Source: the human T2T-CHM13v2.0 reference genome, Homo sapiens. Taken from it: 64,000 nucleotides of DNA. The first letter of the stretch is position 1. Each line of letters opens with the position of its first letter. The notes beneath the pieces were generated by a model. That model was given only the letters and a program-made list of their open reading frames with translations, ran no database searches and was not told the origin of the DNA. The stretch lies in the NCBI RefSeq assembly GCF_009914755.1, contig NC_060945.1; one strand, written 5' to 3'. A program made the translations under genes and the position numbers. Shown here in pieces: positions 42,244-57,327 of the stretch.

Positions 42244-42659
42244 GGGAGGCACGTGGTTATCAGTTTTTGGAGGTGGTTGTTACTGATGTTCACCAATTTC
42301 CAGTTCTTGTCTATTTCTGGTGAAGTGCTGGTTACATGTCTTCACTCCCTTGAAATTCAGCTTGGCTATGTGATTAGTCATGGTTCATGAAATATGAGGT
42401 GTGTCACTTTTGGCATTTCATGACTGTTACTCAGCTCTCCTCCCATGTCTTCCCCTGTTAGCAAGCCCCAAAGCCCCTTGGGGAGGTCATGATGTCATAA
42501 AATGACAATCTAGTTACTATTGCTTCAAAAGAACTAAATGGCGTAAAATAATCATTGACTTATGCTCATGGAAGATGGGGATCTGTAGATAAATCAGGGT
42601 CTGTGAGTTCTGAGTCAGCAGTAGAATATGCTGCAATTAAAAACTTGATGTAAGAATAT

Positions 42660-43015
42660 TATTTGGCCAAAAAGAAAAGGAAGGTGTACTGATCCATGCC
42701 ACAGCATGGATGAATGTTGAGAACATTATGCTAAGTGAAAGAAGACAGGCCCAGAAGGTCACATATTGTATGATTCTGTTTATATGAAATAACCAGAATA
42801 GACAAACCTATAGAGACAGAAAACAGATTAGGGATTGCCAGAAGATGGAGGGATGGGGAACAGGAAATGATTGATTAAAAAATATGGGGTTTCTGTTTGG
42901 GATGATGAAAAAGTTCTGGAACTACATAGTGGTGATTATTCCACATTATACATGGACTTAATGTTACTGAATTTTATATGCTACAATGGTTAAAATGGTA
43001 AATTTTACCTCAAAA
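42660..43015 (+). mobile_element. L1MB 3' end
   Basis: catggatgaatgttgagaacattatgctaagtgaaagaagacag...gatgaaaaagttctggaacta. Confidence 0.85.
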
Positions 43016-46000
43016 ATAAAACTAATACGATATCCAAACATATTACAGAAAAATAGCATACAAAATCAAAGAACTAACTTCCTCCTTACACTCAGAATTT
43101 AAGGCCCTTACTGGATTACTGGGTGGAGTGTGGATCTGTCATATTAAAAATGACTGACTGAGAAATTAAAGAGCAATAGAAATAATAAGAAGCCTAGAAA
43201 GAGATGCTGTGCCAAAAAGTGACTAGATGTAGAGTGATTAACACTGGACAAGATGCAGCAATAATATTCAAGGATAGGAGGGTTTATCTAAGATTGTTTG
43301 ACCTACCCATAGAGGTTCTATTAGGATAATGACAAAATAGTGTTTCTGCATAATTCCCTACCATAATTCATTTAGGCAAAAAAGTCCTATCCCAGAACCA
43401 CTGGGGTGCTTAATGCCAACTTTTAATAAACTTGGTAGATAGAAATCCATTTTCATTATCTTCCCAAATTTCAATGTGTGGTGAAATTTGAATCTTTGTG
43501 CAATATCTTCCCCACAAATAGGGAAAGCTGACGGTTTTGCCATTTAGAAGACAGAGCATGAATTGGTGCCTATCGGAGAAGGAAGGTAAAAGATGCCTTT
43601 ATCTAAGTAGATGGCTTATGTTATGATGATGTCCATTCCAGTTACTATTACTGCAAAAAAAACTGAACGGCATAAAATAACCATTGACTTATGCTCACAG
43701 AAAACAGGGACCTACTATGGCAGGTTGTCAGCCAGAACCAATGAGCAGAGTGGCAGCTGCGACCTGAGAGGTAATTCTCTGAATGAGAAAAGCCCTTTAT
43801 TTGGGAGGAAAACTACATTGATAAGGTCAACTAACAAGCTACAGCCAGAATGCATAGCTAAGATGACCCAGAGAGTAAGGGAAAGGCCCAGACAGGTACA
43901 GTCAGGCTCACTTCCTAGTTAAAGTTGATATTTAGCATCCTAAGAATGTATTTTGTTTAGGTGTTTCTAAGGTAGTCATTTTGAAATTCGTAGACTAGCA
44001 GGCAGTAATAATTTCATAAACCAAACTGCCCAAATCCAATGATGAATATCTCATGCACAGTGGCAGCATCTCGGAGTGAGGGCAGACTTGGAGGAAGGAC
44101 TGGAAAAATTCCATCTGGACCACTAGCCTTAAGCATAAAAATATAATAAATGATTCGGAAATGACTTTCACAGATAGACACATGTTGCCCTATGAGCGTC
44201 TTCAGGAATCTTCTTCAGAGAGGGCTTATTGTACACCATGGGTTAGAATTGCAAATCAGCATCTAAAGAGGGAGAAAGGGGTAAATTTAAAAAGCAGATT
44301 TCCACAGAGAGACACAAAGGAAGTCAAACAACAGGGAGAAAGAAACAAAAATGGGAAGTGAGAAAGTGGGATCAAAGGAGATGAAAACGAGAAAGATGCC
44401 AAGAGAGAAAGACTCACTTCATCCTTTGAAATGTTCTGCTGCCCAATGGAGTAATGGGAGATTCTGTCATAGGTGGACGCCTAAGAGGAAAGGAGGGAGG
44501 ACGTGGTTGCCTTTTCATTTTGTCCTGCCCCTTGGCTTGTTCTTTCTGATCCAACACAGCGGAGTCTGCTTGTTCATTGGCCAAATGTCAACAAGTCACC
44601 ATAAAGGGCTGCCAAGGAAAATGACCAGGAACACACAGCATGCCTGAGTCACTCATCTAATCTGCCCCATTGATATAAATTGCACAAAAGGACACTCTGT
44701 CATCATGAAAGGAGAAAGATGTGTACTTGGATTATCTTGAGCTTGACCCACTTACCAAGGACTTGGGAAACCAGGAGACCAGCCAAGTCTCCATCTCCCC
44801 CAGCCCCAGGGTGTATCATTTATACCTCCATCCACTCACCTATATCTGAATGCCCAAATATTCTGCAAACCTTTATAAATAATAGAACTGTGTGGAATGC
44901 AGTTTATACTCTCAAGAAGAGAGGAGGTATTTTTGTTGTTGTTGTTGTTGTTTGTTTGTTTGGCTGTTTCCACGTGTTTTCAGGTCTGCAACACTCTTCA
45001 GAACAAAATCAGTACTTTCTCTATAATGTGACTAGGAACCTGTCTTTTCCCCAGGTCTCCTGCAAAATTTCTAGCACCTTCCTCACACAAGTTGCAGGAA
45101 GCATACAGCTTTGAAATTATAATGATGGAAAAGGAAATGGAAAGAAAGGCCCAACTTTTAGTCTTCTGGGACTCCAGATCATATTTATGCGTTCAAAATA
45201 GTAACTTTCTCCTAGAAAAGGGGGATGCGCCACCATTCTACACACTGGGTGGACCATTTCCTAGCTGGTGCTGCATTTGCTACAAGCCCACAGGGCCCTG
45301 GCAGAAACCCCCTCTGATTTCTACCACTGTCCTTTTTAAATGCAGCAATAGCCAAAATCTACACTCTCCCTGCATTGCATCTGTTTCATTTGCATCCCAG
45401 GTTTCTGCAATAAAGCAAACCCCCAATTTATTAATTTTTTTTGAAAAGATAACGTAAGTCTAAGAAGGTTACCAAGTGTCTTCAGCTAACCAAAAATTTA
45501 AAGACCAGCAAGGATTTAGAATTCCCTATACTAGACCCCTGATCAGTAATCAGGTGGCGTATTGTTTGTTTGTTCATTTGTTTGTTTGTTTTCCAGGCAT
45601 ATTATGATGTGAGGTTCTTTAGCTACATATGTGCATCTCCTTAAGTGGTCTCAGTGATTTCCAGTTTTGCAGGATATACCTGGAGCTAGAATGATGCAAA
45701 CAAAAATTTTAGATTTAAAAAAATATTTTAAATATAAAAAATTAAAAATAAACCCTAAATTCAGAATTTTCCAAGAGCTAAATGCTCTGAGGGCCAGTCC
45801 CAGCTACTTTCCAGCTGTGTGAGCTGAGGCCAGTTACCTAAACTTCCCGTGCATCAGTTTCCTGCATTGACAAACCTCTGGTAAGGATTTCTGCCCTACA
45901 TAGCTCACAATACCAAAATGAGAAAATGGGAAAGTGCTAAGAATTATAAAGCATTCAAATATGAGGTCTTATGACTGCTAACACAGACTTCTGCCCACAA

Positions 46001-46239
46001 TAATCACTAGAAGACGTACGGGTTATGTATGTTCAAGTCACCTATAAAGTAACAAATCAGCAACTTCCTATCCAATCCACTACATAGCTTCCTCCCATAA
46101 CCTAACCATGTGTGTGCTAATAGCCTACCTACAAATGGATTTCTCTCTATGACATTCAACACCCATTAATATTTATGCAGCTGTGTCCAGGTTAAAAAAT
46201 AAGTCAAGCCAAGGTAAGAGGCATTTTTTAAAAAATTAT

Positions 46240-46770
46240 TTTATAAGTTAAACAGTAAAATTGACTTTTTTCCCTTTTGGTGTAGAGTTCTATATATTTT
46301 AACACAGCTGTAGGTTGGTATAACCACCACCACAATCAGGATACAGAACAGTTCCATCACCCTAAAAAAATTCCCTATGACTCTTCCTTTATAGTTCCAC
46401 TCTTTCCCCTGCCCCAGCTCCAAAAACCATTGATCTGTTCTCTAGATCTATTCTGATATTTTCAAAATAGGTCAGATAAATTGAATTATACAGTATACAG
46501 CCTTTTGAACCTGCCTTTTTCCATTCAGCATAATGCCTTTGAAAATCATCCAAGTTATCACATGTATCATCTGTTCTTGTTTATTGCTGAATAGTATTCC
46601 ATGGTATGGATATACCAGTTTGTTTAATCATTCAACTGTTGAAGGACATCTGGTTTATTTCTAGATCTTGGTAATTTTAAACACAACAGCTATAAACATT
46701 TATGTATCAGTTGTTGTGTCATCATAAGTTTTCGTTACTCCAGGATAAACCCCAAGAGTGGGATTGCTAT
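46240..46770 (-). mobile_element. L1MC/L1MB 3' end
   Basis: accaccacaatcaggatacagaacagttccatcacc...tattgctgaatagtattccatggtatggata. Confidence 0.8.
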
Positions 46771-46915
46771 TAAACAGTGACTTGTAAATATCAACATCAC
46801 ATTAAACATCCAGATTTTATTCAAGTCATCCTCATAATATAAGAGACTGATATCACTATTAATCAATGCTCAAAAACTAATATGCCCTAACCCCTTTGAA
46901 AATTTGAGTTGTTTC

Positions 46916-46957
46916 ATCTACAGCCATACCACTCTGAACACACCCCATCTCATCTGA
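46916..46957 (+). pseudogene. Tailless 5S rRNA retropseudogene (5' ~42 nt)
   Basis: atctacagccataccactctgaacacaccccatctcatctga vs 5S GTCTACGGCCATACCACCCTGAACGCGCCCGATCTCGTCTGA; most differences are at CpGs; TSD gaaaatttgagttgttt at 46898-46914 and 46956-46972. Confidence 0.9.
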
Positions 46958-49679
46958 AAATTTGAGTTGTTTTGATATATTTTGTGGTATTTGATTTTTT
47001 TGTGGTATTACTATTTTGCATAAATGTTAATGAAAAATATCATTTTAACAATTGTAAAAACATTGCAGTGATGCTTTCAAGAGTTCTTCCTATTGACTTA
47101 GAAATACTCATTCAATTTCCCAAAATAAAGTAAAATTTAAAATCTAAGTAGAAAGGAACCACCACATCAGAGTCTGAGTTAACACAAACTTGCTCTGGCA
47201 TAATTGAAAAATCACTATGCTAAACTTTGTAAAGAATACACCACCATTCCCCCACCCCCCATGAAGTACACCCTAGAGTGTTTGAAGATTATATTATGAG
47301 TGGCCCAAATGCCTGTGTTTGGCATTTGTTAAACAATCCTAGAGGAGCTGCCATCCTTGGGGTTCTGTGGGTTCATCCATGGCTGACACCTCTCATCCTG
47401 AATCCCTTGGGTCTCACGGGCCCTGGAACAATCTATATTCTCCCGGTTGAAGATGACAGCATGTCAGTGTACTTAAAATTCAATTTCATTCTTCCTAATC
47501 TATGCACCATTATGCAGGTCTTTGAAATAGTCTCCAAAGAAGGTAAGTCTATATTGATTCCATTCCCTTACATAGCAACTGGTGTGTAGCAACCCATAGT
47601 ATAATATGAGGGGGAGAAAATATTGATTCTGGGAAACTTAATATTATTAAAAGACAGTTGTATTAAATCTCTTTCCTGGATTTAGCTGAGCACTTTTTTT
47701 TTCATTTTTCCATTTTCAAAAAAATCAATGAAGCTAATACTCTTGTTAGTTTTAGAGTTTCTACGACAGCAGTTTCATGTCACCATAGAACCTACGGGAG
47801 GTTTGTAGGCTCAGCACTCAAGGCTTGGAGTCCTCTGCTGACTGATGAGCATAACATTTCTCTCTTCAGTTATTCCGGCCACTCAGAGCGGGCAAGTAGT
47901 ATTTAAATTTTATTTTCCATGGTATCTGTTTTCCTTGGTGTGTAAAAGTCTCAAGATATGGCTTAGCCTTAGTTATAAACGCCTAAGTGCATGTGATGAA
48001 GCTCATTACACACATGCAATTTTCAGTTTGAGAGAAGTCTAAAGAAATAAAATCAACGTGGGGTGGGGGGAGGTTTTTTTGATGGAAAACACCTGCCAGT
48101 TGAAAATCCCAGAATCTGCTATTTAAGATTGTAAGTCACATTTTCTTTTTTGAGGACCATCCAAACTTGAGGTATTTTTTTCTTTCTTTCTTTCTTTTTT
48201 AACAAAAAAAGGAACAGCTGCTTCTGATTTGTGACAAGATTAAAGCATTTTGGAATCTCTCTCCAGATATCCAATTTCTGATAGAATGTCTGTTGTGTCA
48301 TTATCAAATATAACAAGACTGTAACATGGCTCCAGAGTCAATGAACCAAACACTGGAATCTTCTTCTAATTATATAATATAAAACTACTTATAATTCTGA
48401 TGCCATGAATTTGGAATTCATGATTAAGATGGGTTAGGCTTTTGCTAAGCAAGTGTTTTCTTCATAGATACTGCAAACCATATTTTAAAAATAAGATGGC
48501 AAGAATAATGCTGAAAATATGTGAAAAACAAACTATTTCCAAATCCCTGAAAGAATCTAGAAGCCACAATTAGCATGAAAATATTTGTGGTGCTTTTAAT
48601 AGTTATTTTATATCTCTGTCTCTGGCTTCTCTGGAGAGTGGTGCTCTCAGCTGCCAGGAGAACAACTAAGACCACCTGGATATTCCAGACCCCATAAATG
48701 CATATGCTCCAGACTGGATTTGATTTTTGTACTCCTGCTAATTGTTCCTGCTGTTTTCCCATTTTCCCATCTTCACTGCCATCTACAAGAGAAATTCAAA
48801 AAGCGACCAAAGATCGTTGGCTTGGTGGACACAGCTTAGGAAATTTCAGTCTAATTTGCCTCCTCTCCCCTAGAATCCAGCATGCTGCCTCCTCCTTGCT
48901 CGCCTGGACCATGGCAACGGCCTCCTGAAGGGCTTCCAACCAGTATCTCTTCCCCAACCTCTGCAATCAGAGGGAGCCTCCAGAAAAAAAAAAAAAGGTG
49001 TCAAATGATATGGAAAACCACCATGGGCTTGACACCGCCTGTTGGATAAAACAGTCATCAGCACTGAGTACCCCAGCGAGGCTTTACATGGAGAGATGAG
49101 GAAGAAGAGCCCAGGCAGGCAGCAAAGAAGAAATACCTACGTCATACTTGGGTCATGGTAAGAAGACCAAATTGGCTCGAAAAGGGATTTTTTATAAGTG
49201 ATGGTTATAGAAGATAACTTCAAAGAGGTGAAGGGGGTCCAGATCAGTGAAGACTTGAAAGGCTCAGCCTGAGACTTTCTGACTTTATCCCTCATGCCAT
49301 GGGGAGCCATAGAATGTTCATAAGCAGAAGAGGCAGATAAAAGCACAGTCCAGTTGGAATCACCAATCACTCCCCCAATAGCACACACACCATTGAATGT
49401 CATTAGGCTACTAATTATTTTTCCTAGTGACCACCCCCATTGTCTTTCACTAAGAAAAAACAATTTATTGACAAGTAATTCTTTAGGTGCTTCCCTTTCA
49501 CACACTTTCAATTTTTAAGTAACACTTTATACTGGCCTAACAAACATAAATGACATTCTAGAGATTTACAATATATTAGTATAATATTAGTGTACGATTT
49601 AACGTGTTGGCTCTTTCTCCAGAGATGGAAAAAAAGCATAATACTGACCAGTATGTCACAAGCCCCTAAGCTGACCAGT

Positions 49680-50230
49680 TGTCACTTCCAAGATATCTCT
49701 AAAGCAGCTCAAATTTACCATGGCCAAAGCTGAATGCATTATTATCTTCCCCAAATCTTCTCAGTCTCCGTTAAGGGAGTAAGTGTCCACCTGTTCCCCT
49801 AAGCTAGAAATGTCATAATCCTCCCTGTCTCCTTTTTCTCTCCCTAAACCCCTGCATTGGTTCCCTAATACTCATCACTTTTATCTCCAAAATGTCTGTC
49901 TGAATCAGGCTCACTCAGCATTCTCACCATCAATGCCTTACCATCAATCAACCTCCCAAAAGATTTCAGTTGCCTCCTAAACAGTCTCTTACCAATACTC
50001 CAACAGCCAGCTGGTCTCTTCTAATCTGAACATTCCTGGAATCCCCTTTCCCCCTCCTCCACCGGACAAACCTCTCTTACCCTTCCAGCCTGAACTCCAA
50101 TGTCACTTCCCTTGCATTCTCATCATCTACCACTTCCTTCCCAAAAGAATGAACAGTTTCCTCCTCTACATTCCCTGTCCTATGTGTTCTTTCTTGATTA
50201 CAACACTCATCCCATTTCTACTATGACTCA
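49680..50230 (+). mobile_element. L2 remnant
   Basis: ctcaaatttaccatggccaaagctgaat...aagctagaaat...tctccaaaatgtct motifs. Confidence 0.5.
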
Positions 50231-50252
50231 ATGCTTAAGAATCTGTGTCCTT

Positions 50253-50569
50253 GGCTGGGCTTGGTGGTTCACACCTGTAATCCTAGCACTTTAAGAGGCC
50301 AAGGCGGGCGGATCACAAGGTCAGGAGTTCGAGAACAGCCTGGCCAACATGGTGAAATCCCATCTCTACTAAAAATACAAAAATTAGCCGGGCATGGTGC
50401 CGGGCACCTATAATCACAGCTACTCGGGAGGCTGAAGCAGGAGAGTTGCTTGAACTCAGGAGGTGGAGGTTGTGGTGAGCCGAGATCGCACCACTGCACT
50501 CCAGCCTGGGTGACAGAGCAAGACTCCATCTTGAAAACAAAAAACAAAAAACAAAAACAAAAAAAAAAC
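50253..50569 (+). mobile_element. AluS (Sg-like)
   Basis: Full Alu; TSD aatctgtgtcct at 50240-50251 and 50570-50581. Confidence 0.95.
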
Positions 50570-51930
50570 AATCTGTGTCCTCTGATACATTTGTGCATTT
50601 ATTGGGGTTCAGGACCGTGTGTTATTCTTCTTCGAGTTTCTAGCGAGTGGGGGTTCATGCCACCCTCACCACACTCTCCTTTGAGTAAAGTGATGCATCT
50701 CATCCAAAATGTCATCATTTGCAATTTAAGCTTTTAAAATTTTCATAGCTGCACATCTTGCCTCATGTAAATTACCTTTGCCCAACCTTCTTTTGTAGGT
50801 GTTTCTATTTGGTCTTCTTAAGAATGGACCACTTACATGCAGAATTTGGTACAAGATTTTACCCCTGGCTGGATGCCTAAATGACATACAGAGGAAAGGG
50901 CGGATAGGGTAAAAGATCTATATGTACTTCGGCATGTACCTCGATAGCCCACAACCCAACCCTGGCATTGGCTTCTAGAGAAAACAGCTATGCAGAGAGA
51001 ACCACCTGTGCTCCCAAAGTAGAGACTAGAATGTTCTATGATTGATAATCATCCGTGGGCAAAAGCAACAGCATGGCCTCTGAAGCGATCACTCCTCATG
51101 CCAAGTAAACGGCTTTCTCAGCCCACACCTGCCCTGAGCTAGTCAATTACCAACGTTGAGAAAGCAGGAAATGAATGGCTCATGATTTTAAGCATCAATA
51201 ATTTAAATAAAAAACTCATAAAGAGTCATCCTTCTTCCTGGAGTGTAAATGAATGTGATTCTAAGTGTATGGTAAAGACACAATAATTGCCAGCAAATTA
51301 ACTCCCAATGAAGATGCAGAGGGATATCTGTCTCCTTTGACTCTTGGACAATTTCCTTCCAAAGGGATTTTATTGTCCCACATTAGGAGTGAGAACTCAA
51401 CTCAGTACAGGCCGTGCTTCTGTGTTGAAGAATGATCACCAGGCAGTCACATAGGAGCAGCTTCAGCCAGCGACATTGGTATCCCCACTTGGGGCTGACA
51501 AGGTTATGTACTCTGCAACCAGTGTTCTGCAAATCCAGTCATGAGTTGGTCCAGAGTTGTTTTTAGATAAAGAGAAGGCAGTTCTTCTCTCACCCAGATC
51601 CTCTCTGGCACACTGACCTTTGAGAATAAGAAGTGTACATGTTTTAATTCTATGCTCAGCAATGTACTGTTGTATTTAGTCAGAGGCTGCATAAGAATAA
51701 TTTTCTAGAACTCAAACTGGTGTCAGATCTCTGTTAAATTGCAGGTGGCTTCCCCACCCTTTTTGCCTTCATCATCTCTCTCTAGTTTGAGAGTCTTCTC
51801 TACCCTGAAATTTTCACCAGTCTGTTTAACACAAAGTAACTTTGTGAGACAACCTTGTTAAAACTAAGGTATTGGAGGTCCTATGTGTTATCTCCTCCAC
51901 TGGAGGAGATCGCTTAAAAATCATTTGGAA

Positions 51931-52677
51931 GTTTCTTTTGCTGTGCAGAAGCTCTTTAGTTTAATTAGATCCCATCTGTCAATTTTGGCTTTTGTTGCCA
52001 TTGCTCTTGGTGTTTTAGTCATGAAGTCTTTGCTGATGCCTATGTCCTGAATGGTATTGCCTAGGTTTTCTTCCAGGGTTTTTATGGTTTTAGGTCTTAC
52101 ATGTAAGTCTTTAATCCATCTTGAATTAATTTTTGTATAAGGTGTAAGGAAGGGGTCCAGTTTCAGTTTTCTGCATATGGCTAGCTAGTTTTCCCAACAT
52201 CACTTATTAAATAGGGAATCCTTTCCCTGTTGCTTGTTTTTGTCAGGTTTGTTAAAGATCAGATGGTTGTAGATATGTGGCGTTATGTCTGAGGCTTCTG
52301 TCCTTTTCCATCAGTCTATCTCTCTGTTTTGGTACCAGTACCATGATGTTTTGGTTACTGCAGCCTTGTAGAATAGTTTGAAGTCAAGTAGCGTGATGCC
52401 TCCAGCTTTGTTCTTTTTGCTTAGGATTGTCTTCGCTATATAGGCTCTTTTTTGATTCCATTAGGGAGTTGAACGATGAGAACACATGGACACAGGGAGG
52501 GGAACATCACACACCAGGGCCTGTCAGTGGGTGGGGGGCTAGGGGAGAGATAGCATTAGGAGAAATACCTAATGTAGGTGACAGGTTGATGGGTGCAGCA
52601 AACCACCATGGCACGTGTATACCTATGTAACAAACCTGCACGTTCTGCACATGTATCCCAGAACCTAAAGTATAATT
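51931..52677. mobile_element. L1PA with 5' inversion (twin priming)
   Basis: 51931-52461 antisense ORF2; 52464-52677 sense 3'UTR; TSD ttaaaaatcatttggaa (51914-51930) / ttaaaaatcatctggaa (52678-52694). Confidence 0.92.
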
Positions 52678-52769
52678 TTAAAAATCATCTGGAAAGGATT
52701 TGGTATGTACATACCACAATTTGTCTATCCATCCATAAACTGGTGGACATGACGGACTGACCCATGGGA

Positions 52770-53095
52770 CAACGTAAATGAGCCTTGAAACCATGACATT
52801 AAGTGAAAGGAGCCAGACACAAAAGACGATGTGCTGTATGATTCCATTTATATGAAATGCCCAGAAAAGGCTAATCCACAGAGATAGATGCAGATTGGTT
52901 GCTACCAGGGCTTAGAGAAAGGGGAAAGGAGAAGTGACTGCTCAGTGACTATGGGATTTCCTTTTGGGGTGATGAAAATGTTTTGGAACTACAAAGGATG
53001 ATGGTTTCACAACATTGTGATTGTACTTAATGCCACTGACTTATTCACTTTAAATGCTTGACTTTAGGTTATTCAAATTTCACTTCAATTTTAAA
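52770..53095 (+). mobile_element. L1MB 3' end
   Basis: aagtgaaaggagccagacacaaaag...tgtatgattccatttatatgaaat...ggggtgatgaaaatgttttggaacta. Confidence 0.85.
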
Positions 53096-54053
53096 AGGTG
53101 AGGGAAGTGGGGGAATCTATACTTGACCAAGTATGAGTCTCTGATGGTGAAATTTCAGAAGTAGTGGGAATAGAAAAGAAGTTTCCTATTAAGATGCTTT
53201 CACAGGGTCTCTAAATCGCAGGTATGCCTGCCTCCGATGTTTCACCTTTGTTGGGGCCCTTCTGGAAAGCCCAGTTAGTGCAAAGAAACCAAGCCAGGTT
53301 GGCCTCAGCCTTTCATTGGATGTATCCACCTTGTGTGAAGAAAAATAAAAAGATTATATAATAAGCAACTAATGCTAACCAGTATTATTATTATTGTCAA
53401 TATTCTATGCTGACCTTCTACTTTCTGTGGCCTAAAATTAGATTGTGTATTGTTTATGAAACTTTCACTTGGGAATGTTTTTTAGGTTACGTGGGTTTTC
53501 TGCTGCTGTGGCAGCAGCAGGACCAAGCCAAGGCAAAAGGCCCAGTGTTACTCACAGTTGGCTTTATGATTTCACCCAAGGACAGGGACCAAGGCACGCA
53601 GCTGAAAAAGCAACATTGGTTTCTGGTCTCTGATGACACATGTGTTTCTTCTTCCTTTCTCATGCTCCCAGCAAAACAGAGTCCTACCCAGTGCCTTCCC
53701 CAAGGAGACCCTGGTTGTTGAGACTCTAGACTACAGCATCTAGAAGTCTGAGACTTGAAACCCATCTCACTCAATTCCTGTTGGGTCTCTGATATGAACA
53801 TCAGCCCTTCTCAGGGCAGGAATTTGACATTGCGAAAGGGAAAAATAAAGAAATGAGCTTTGGGCATGTACAGTTTTTCTGTCCTGCTTTTTTTAAATTT
53901 GAGAAGAAGTATGTTTAACATTGTCTTTCTACAATAAAACCAGAAACATGGCATATCTCTCAGGGTCCAGTCAGGAGGCAGCCATCACTCCAGCTATTTT
54001 AACAAGGAAAATGTAACACAAATAACTGTTAACTATTAAAGGTGGTTAACTAC

Positions 54054-54736
<683 letters not shown>

Positions 54737-56216
54737 ACTACTAAAAGGAACTTTAAAAGGACCTTAAGGAAGCAGCAAAAGAGCAGCTATTACCTCTAGG
54801 CTGAAGGACAGTGAAAAATTAAAGGAACCAAGGACGGGCAGAGGGACCTTCTACCTCCACTGAGGCTGAGGTTCAGATCTCTTCAGAGATTTTTGCCAAA
54901 TGTTATTCTTGTTCATGCCAAGCCTGCCTTGTGGGAATGAATAAGACAGATCACCATTCCTGTCCCTTATTACTGATCAGTTAGATTGCATGGCAGAAAG
55001 GTCAGTATCCTCGGTGTCTGCAAAGTGCTTCTTTCCCCCCTGCATCGTGAGGGAGGGCGCCACACGACACAACTGTAAGAGTTGAACTCCAAGGAGAAGA
55101 CTCTTAGTAAACTCATTATTAGAGACTTTTATTTAAAAGTTTTTTTGCTTTTTTTTTTTGCCAAATATTTTTTTGGGCCAACATTTTTTCCTAATTTTTA
55201 TTTGCTGCCACAGGAACTCACAAATGGCTGGTGGAGAAGCTTTCTGGAAAGCAAAGGCACGGGGTGGTCTGCAGAAGCAGGCCATCTCTTGTTGTAGGAG
55301 GCTGTGGGCAGGAAGGAGCTTCTGAGAAGTGACCAGTGCTGGGGAGAGCATGGCCTGAGGCAGAGCTGGGGCTCAGGTGCATGTGCCAGGTGCTACTGCA
55401 TTGAATGATAATAACTAGCCAAGTCCAGAACTCAGCAGGGACGTTCCTGGCACTACACCACTCTGGCACCCTCTACTGATGATGTTTACATTCACCCAGC
55501 TGGCTAAGAAGAAATGTTTACAAGGTCCACTTCCAGTATCACAAAGCAGAGCAGGGAAGGATGAATTTGCAGCTGAGAGACAATAAATTGACACCTGCCA
55601 TAGATGGGGATTGCCATTCTCCCTCTGATCTCACTTCCAGTGTAGGTAAACCCTTCGCACCAGTGAGCTGTTATCAGAGTGTCTTCATCCATGAACGGAA
55701 CATGGACAGCCTGCTTCACCCAACTCCAGCTGCCAGTACTCAAGGGTATTTCCGGGCAGGTCAAAGAACATCACTAAACTTTCTAAATCGGTAACAGAAA
55801 TATTTTCACAACGTCTTAGGTAGAGGAAAAAAGTCAAAAGGAGGACGTTCGTAAAGTTAGGCGTGCTCCCTTGAACTCAGTTTTCTTTTCCTCTTGAGCA
55901 CTCAGACAGACTTTCTATCTTCCTTTCACAGCTAAAGTAGACCGACATGACTGGGTCTAGCCAACGGAAGATAAACAAAAATAATCTATCCCACTTCCAG
56001 GTCTGTCCCCTAGAAGACCTCTGGCACGATCCCTCCTGCCTTCTCTTTTCCTGGACCCAAACACTGACTGCAGAGAAGATCTCAGGAAAGAGCAGAGCAT
56101 CTAGGAAAGCAGCCTGTTTCTGAGTCACCACCTGGAGGAGGGCCTCCCTGAAGAGTTGCCCAGCTGGAAATATTCTAATTGGATTGTGAGGAGAGGAAGC
56201 AATAGCCCTTCGTGCC

Positions 56217-56379
56217 CTGGTTCTGAAAACGTGATTCCCAGACCAGTGGCATGAGCATCACCTGGAAACTTGTCAAAAATGAAAATTCTCAGGCCCCACC
56301 TCAGACTTAACCAGAAACTCTGGGAGTGAGGGGCCCAGCAGTTAGGTGATTTGGGTGTTCTAAAGTTCAACAGTCACTG
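56217..56379. mobile_element. MER5A MITE
   Basis: gcatcacctggaaacttgtcaaaaatgaaaattctcaggccccacctcagac...gggcccagca. Confidence 0.8.
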
Positions 56380-56518
56380 CCTTATTGTGCAAAAACACTA
56401 AATTTGGAGGGTTTTTTCCTTAAGGCACATAGACAACCACTCACATAAAACTCAAACTAAACCCTCGTCATAAAAACCTTAAACAAAGAACTTAATAACC
56501 ACTTAAAATGTGTCTGCC

Positions 56519-57327
<809 letters not shown>

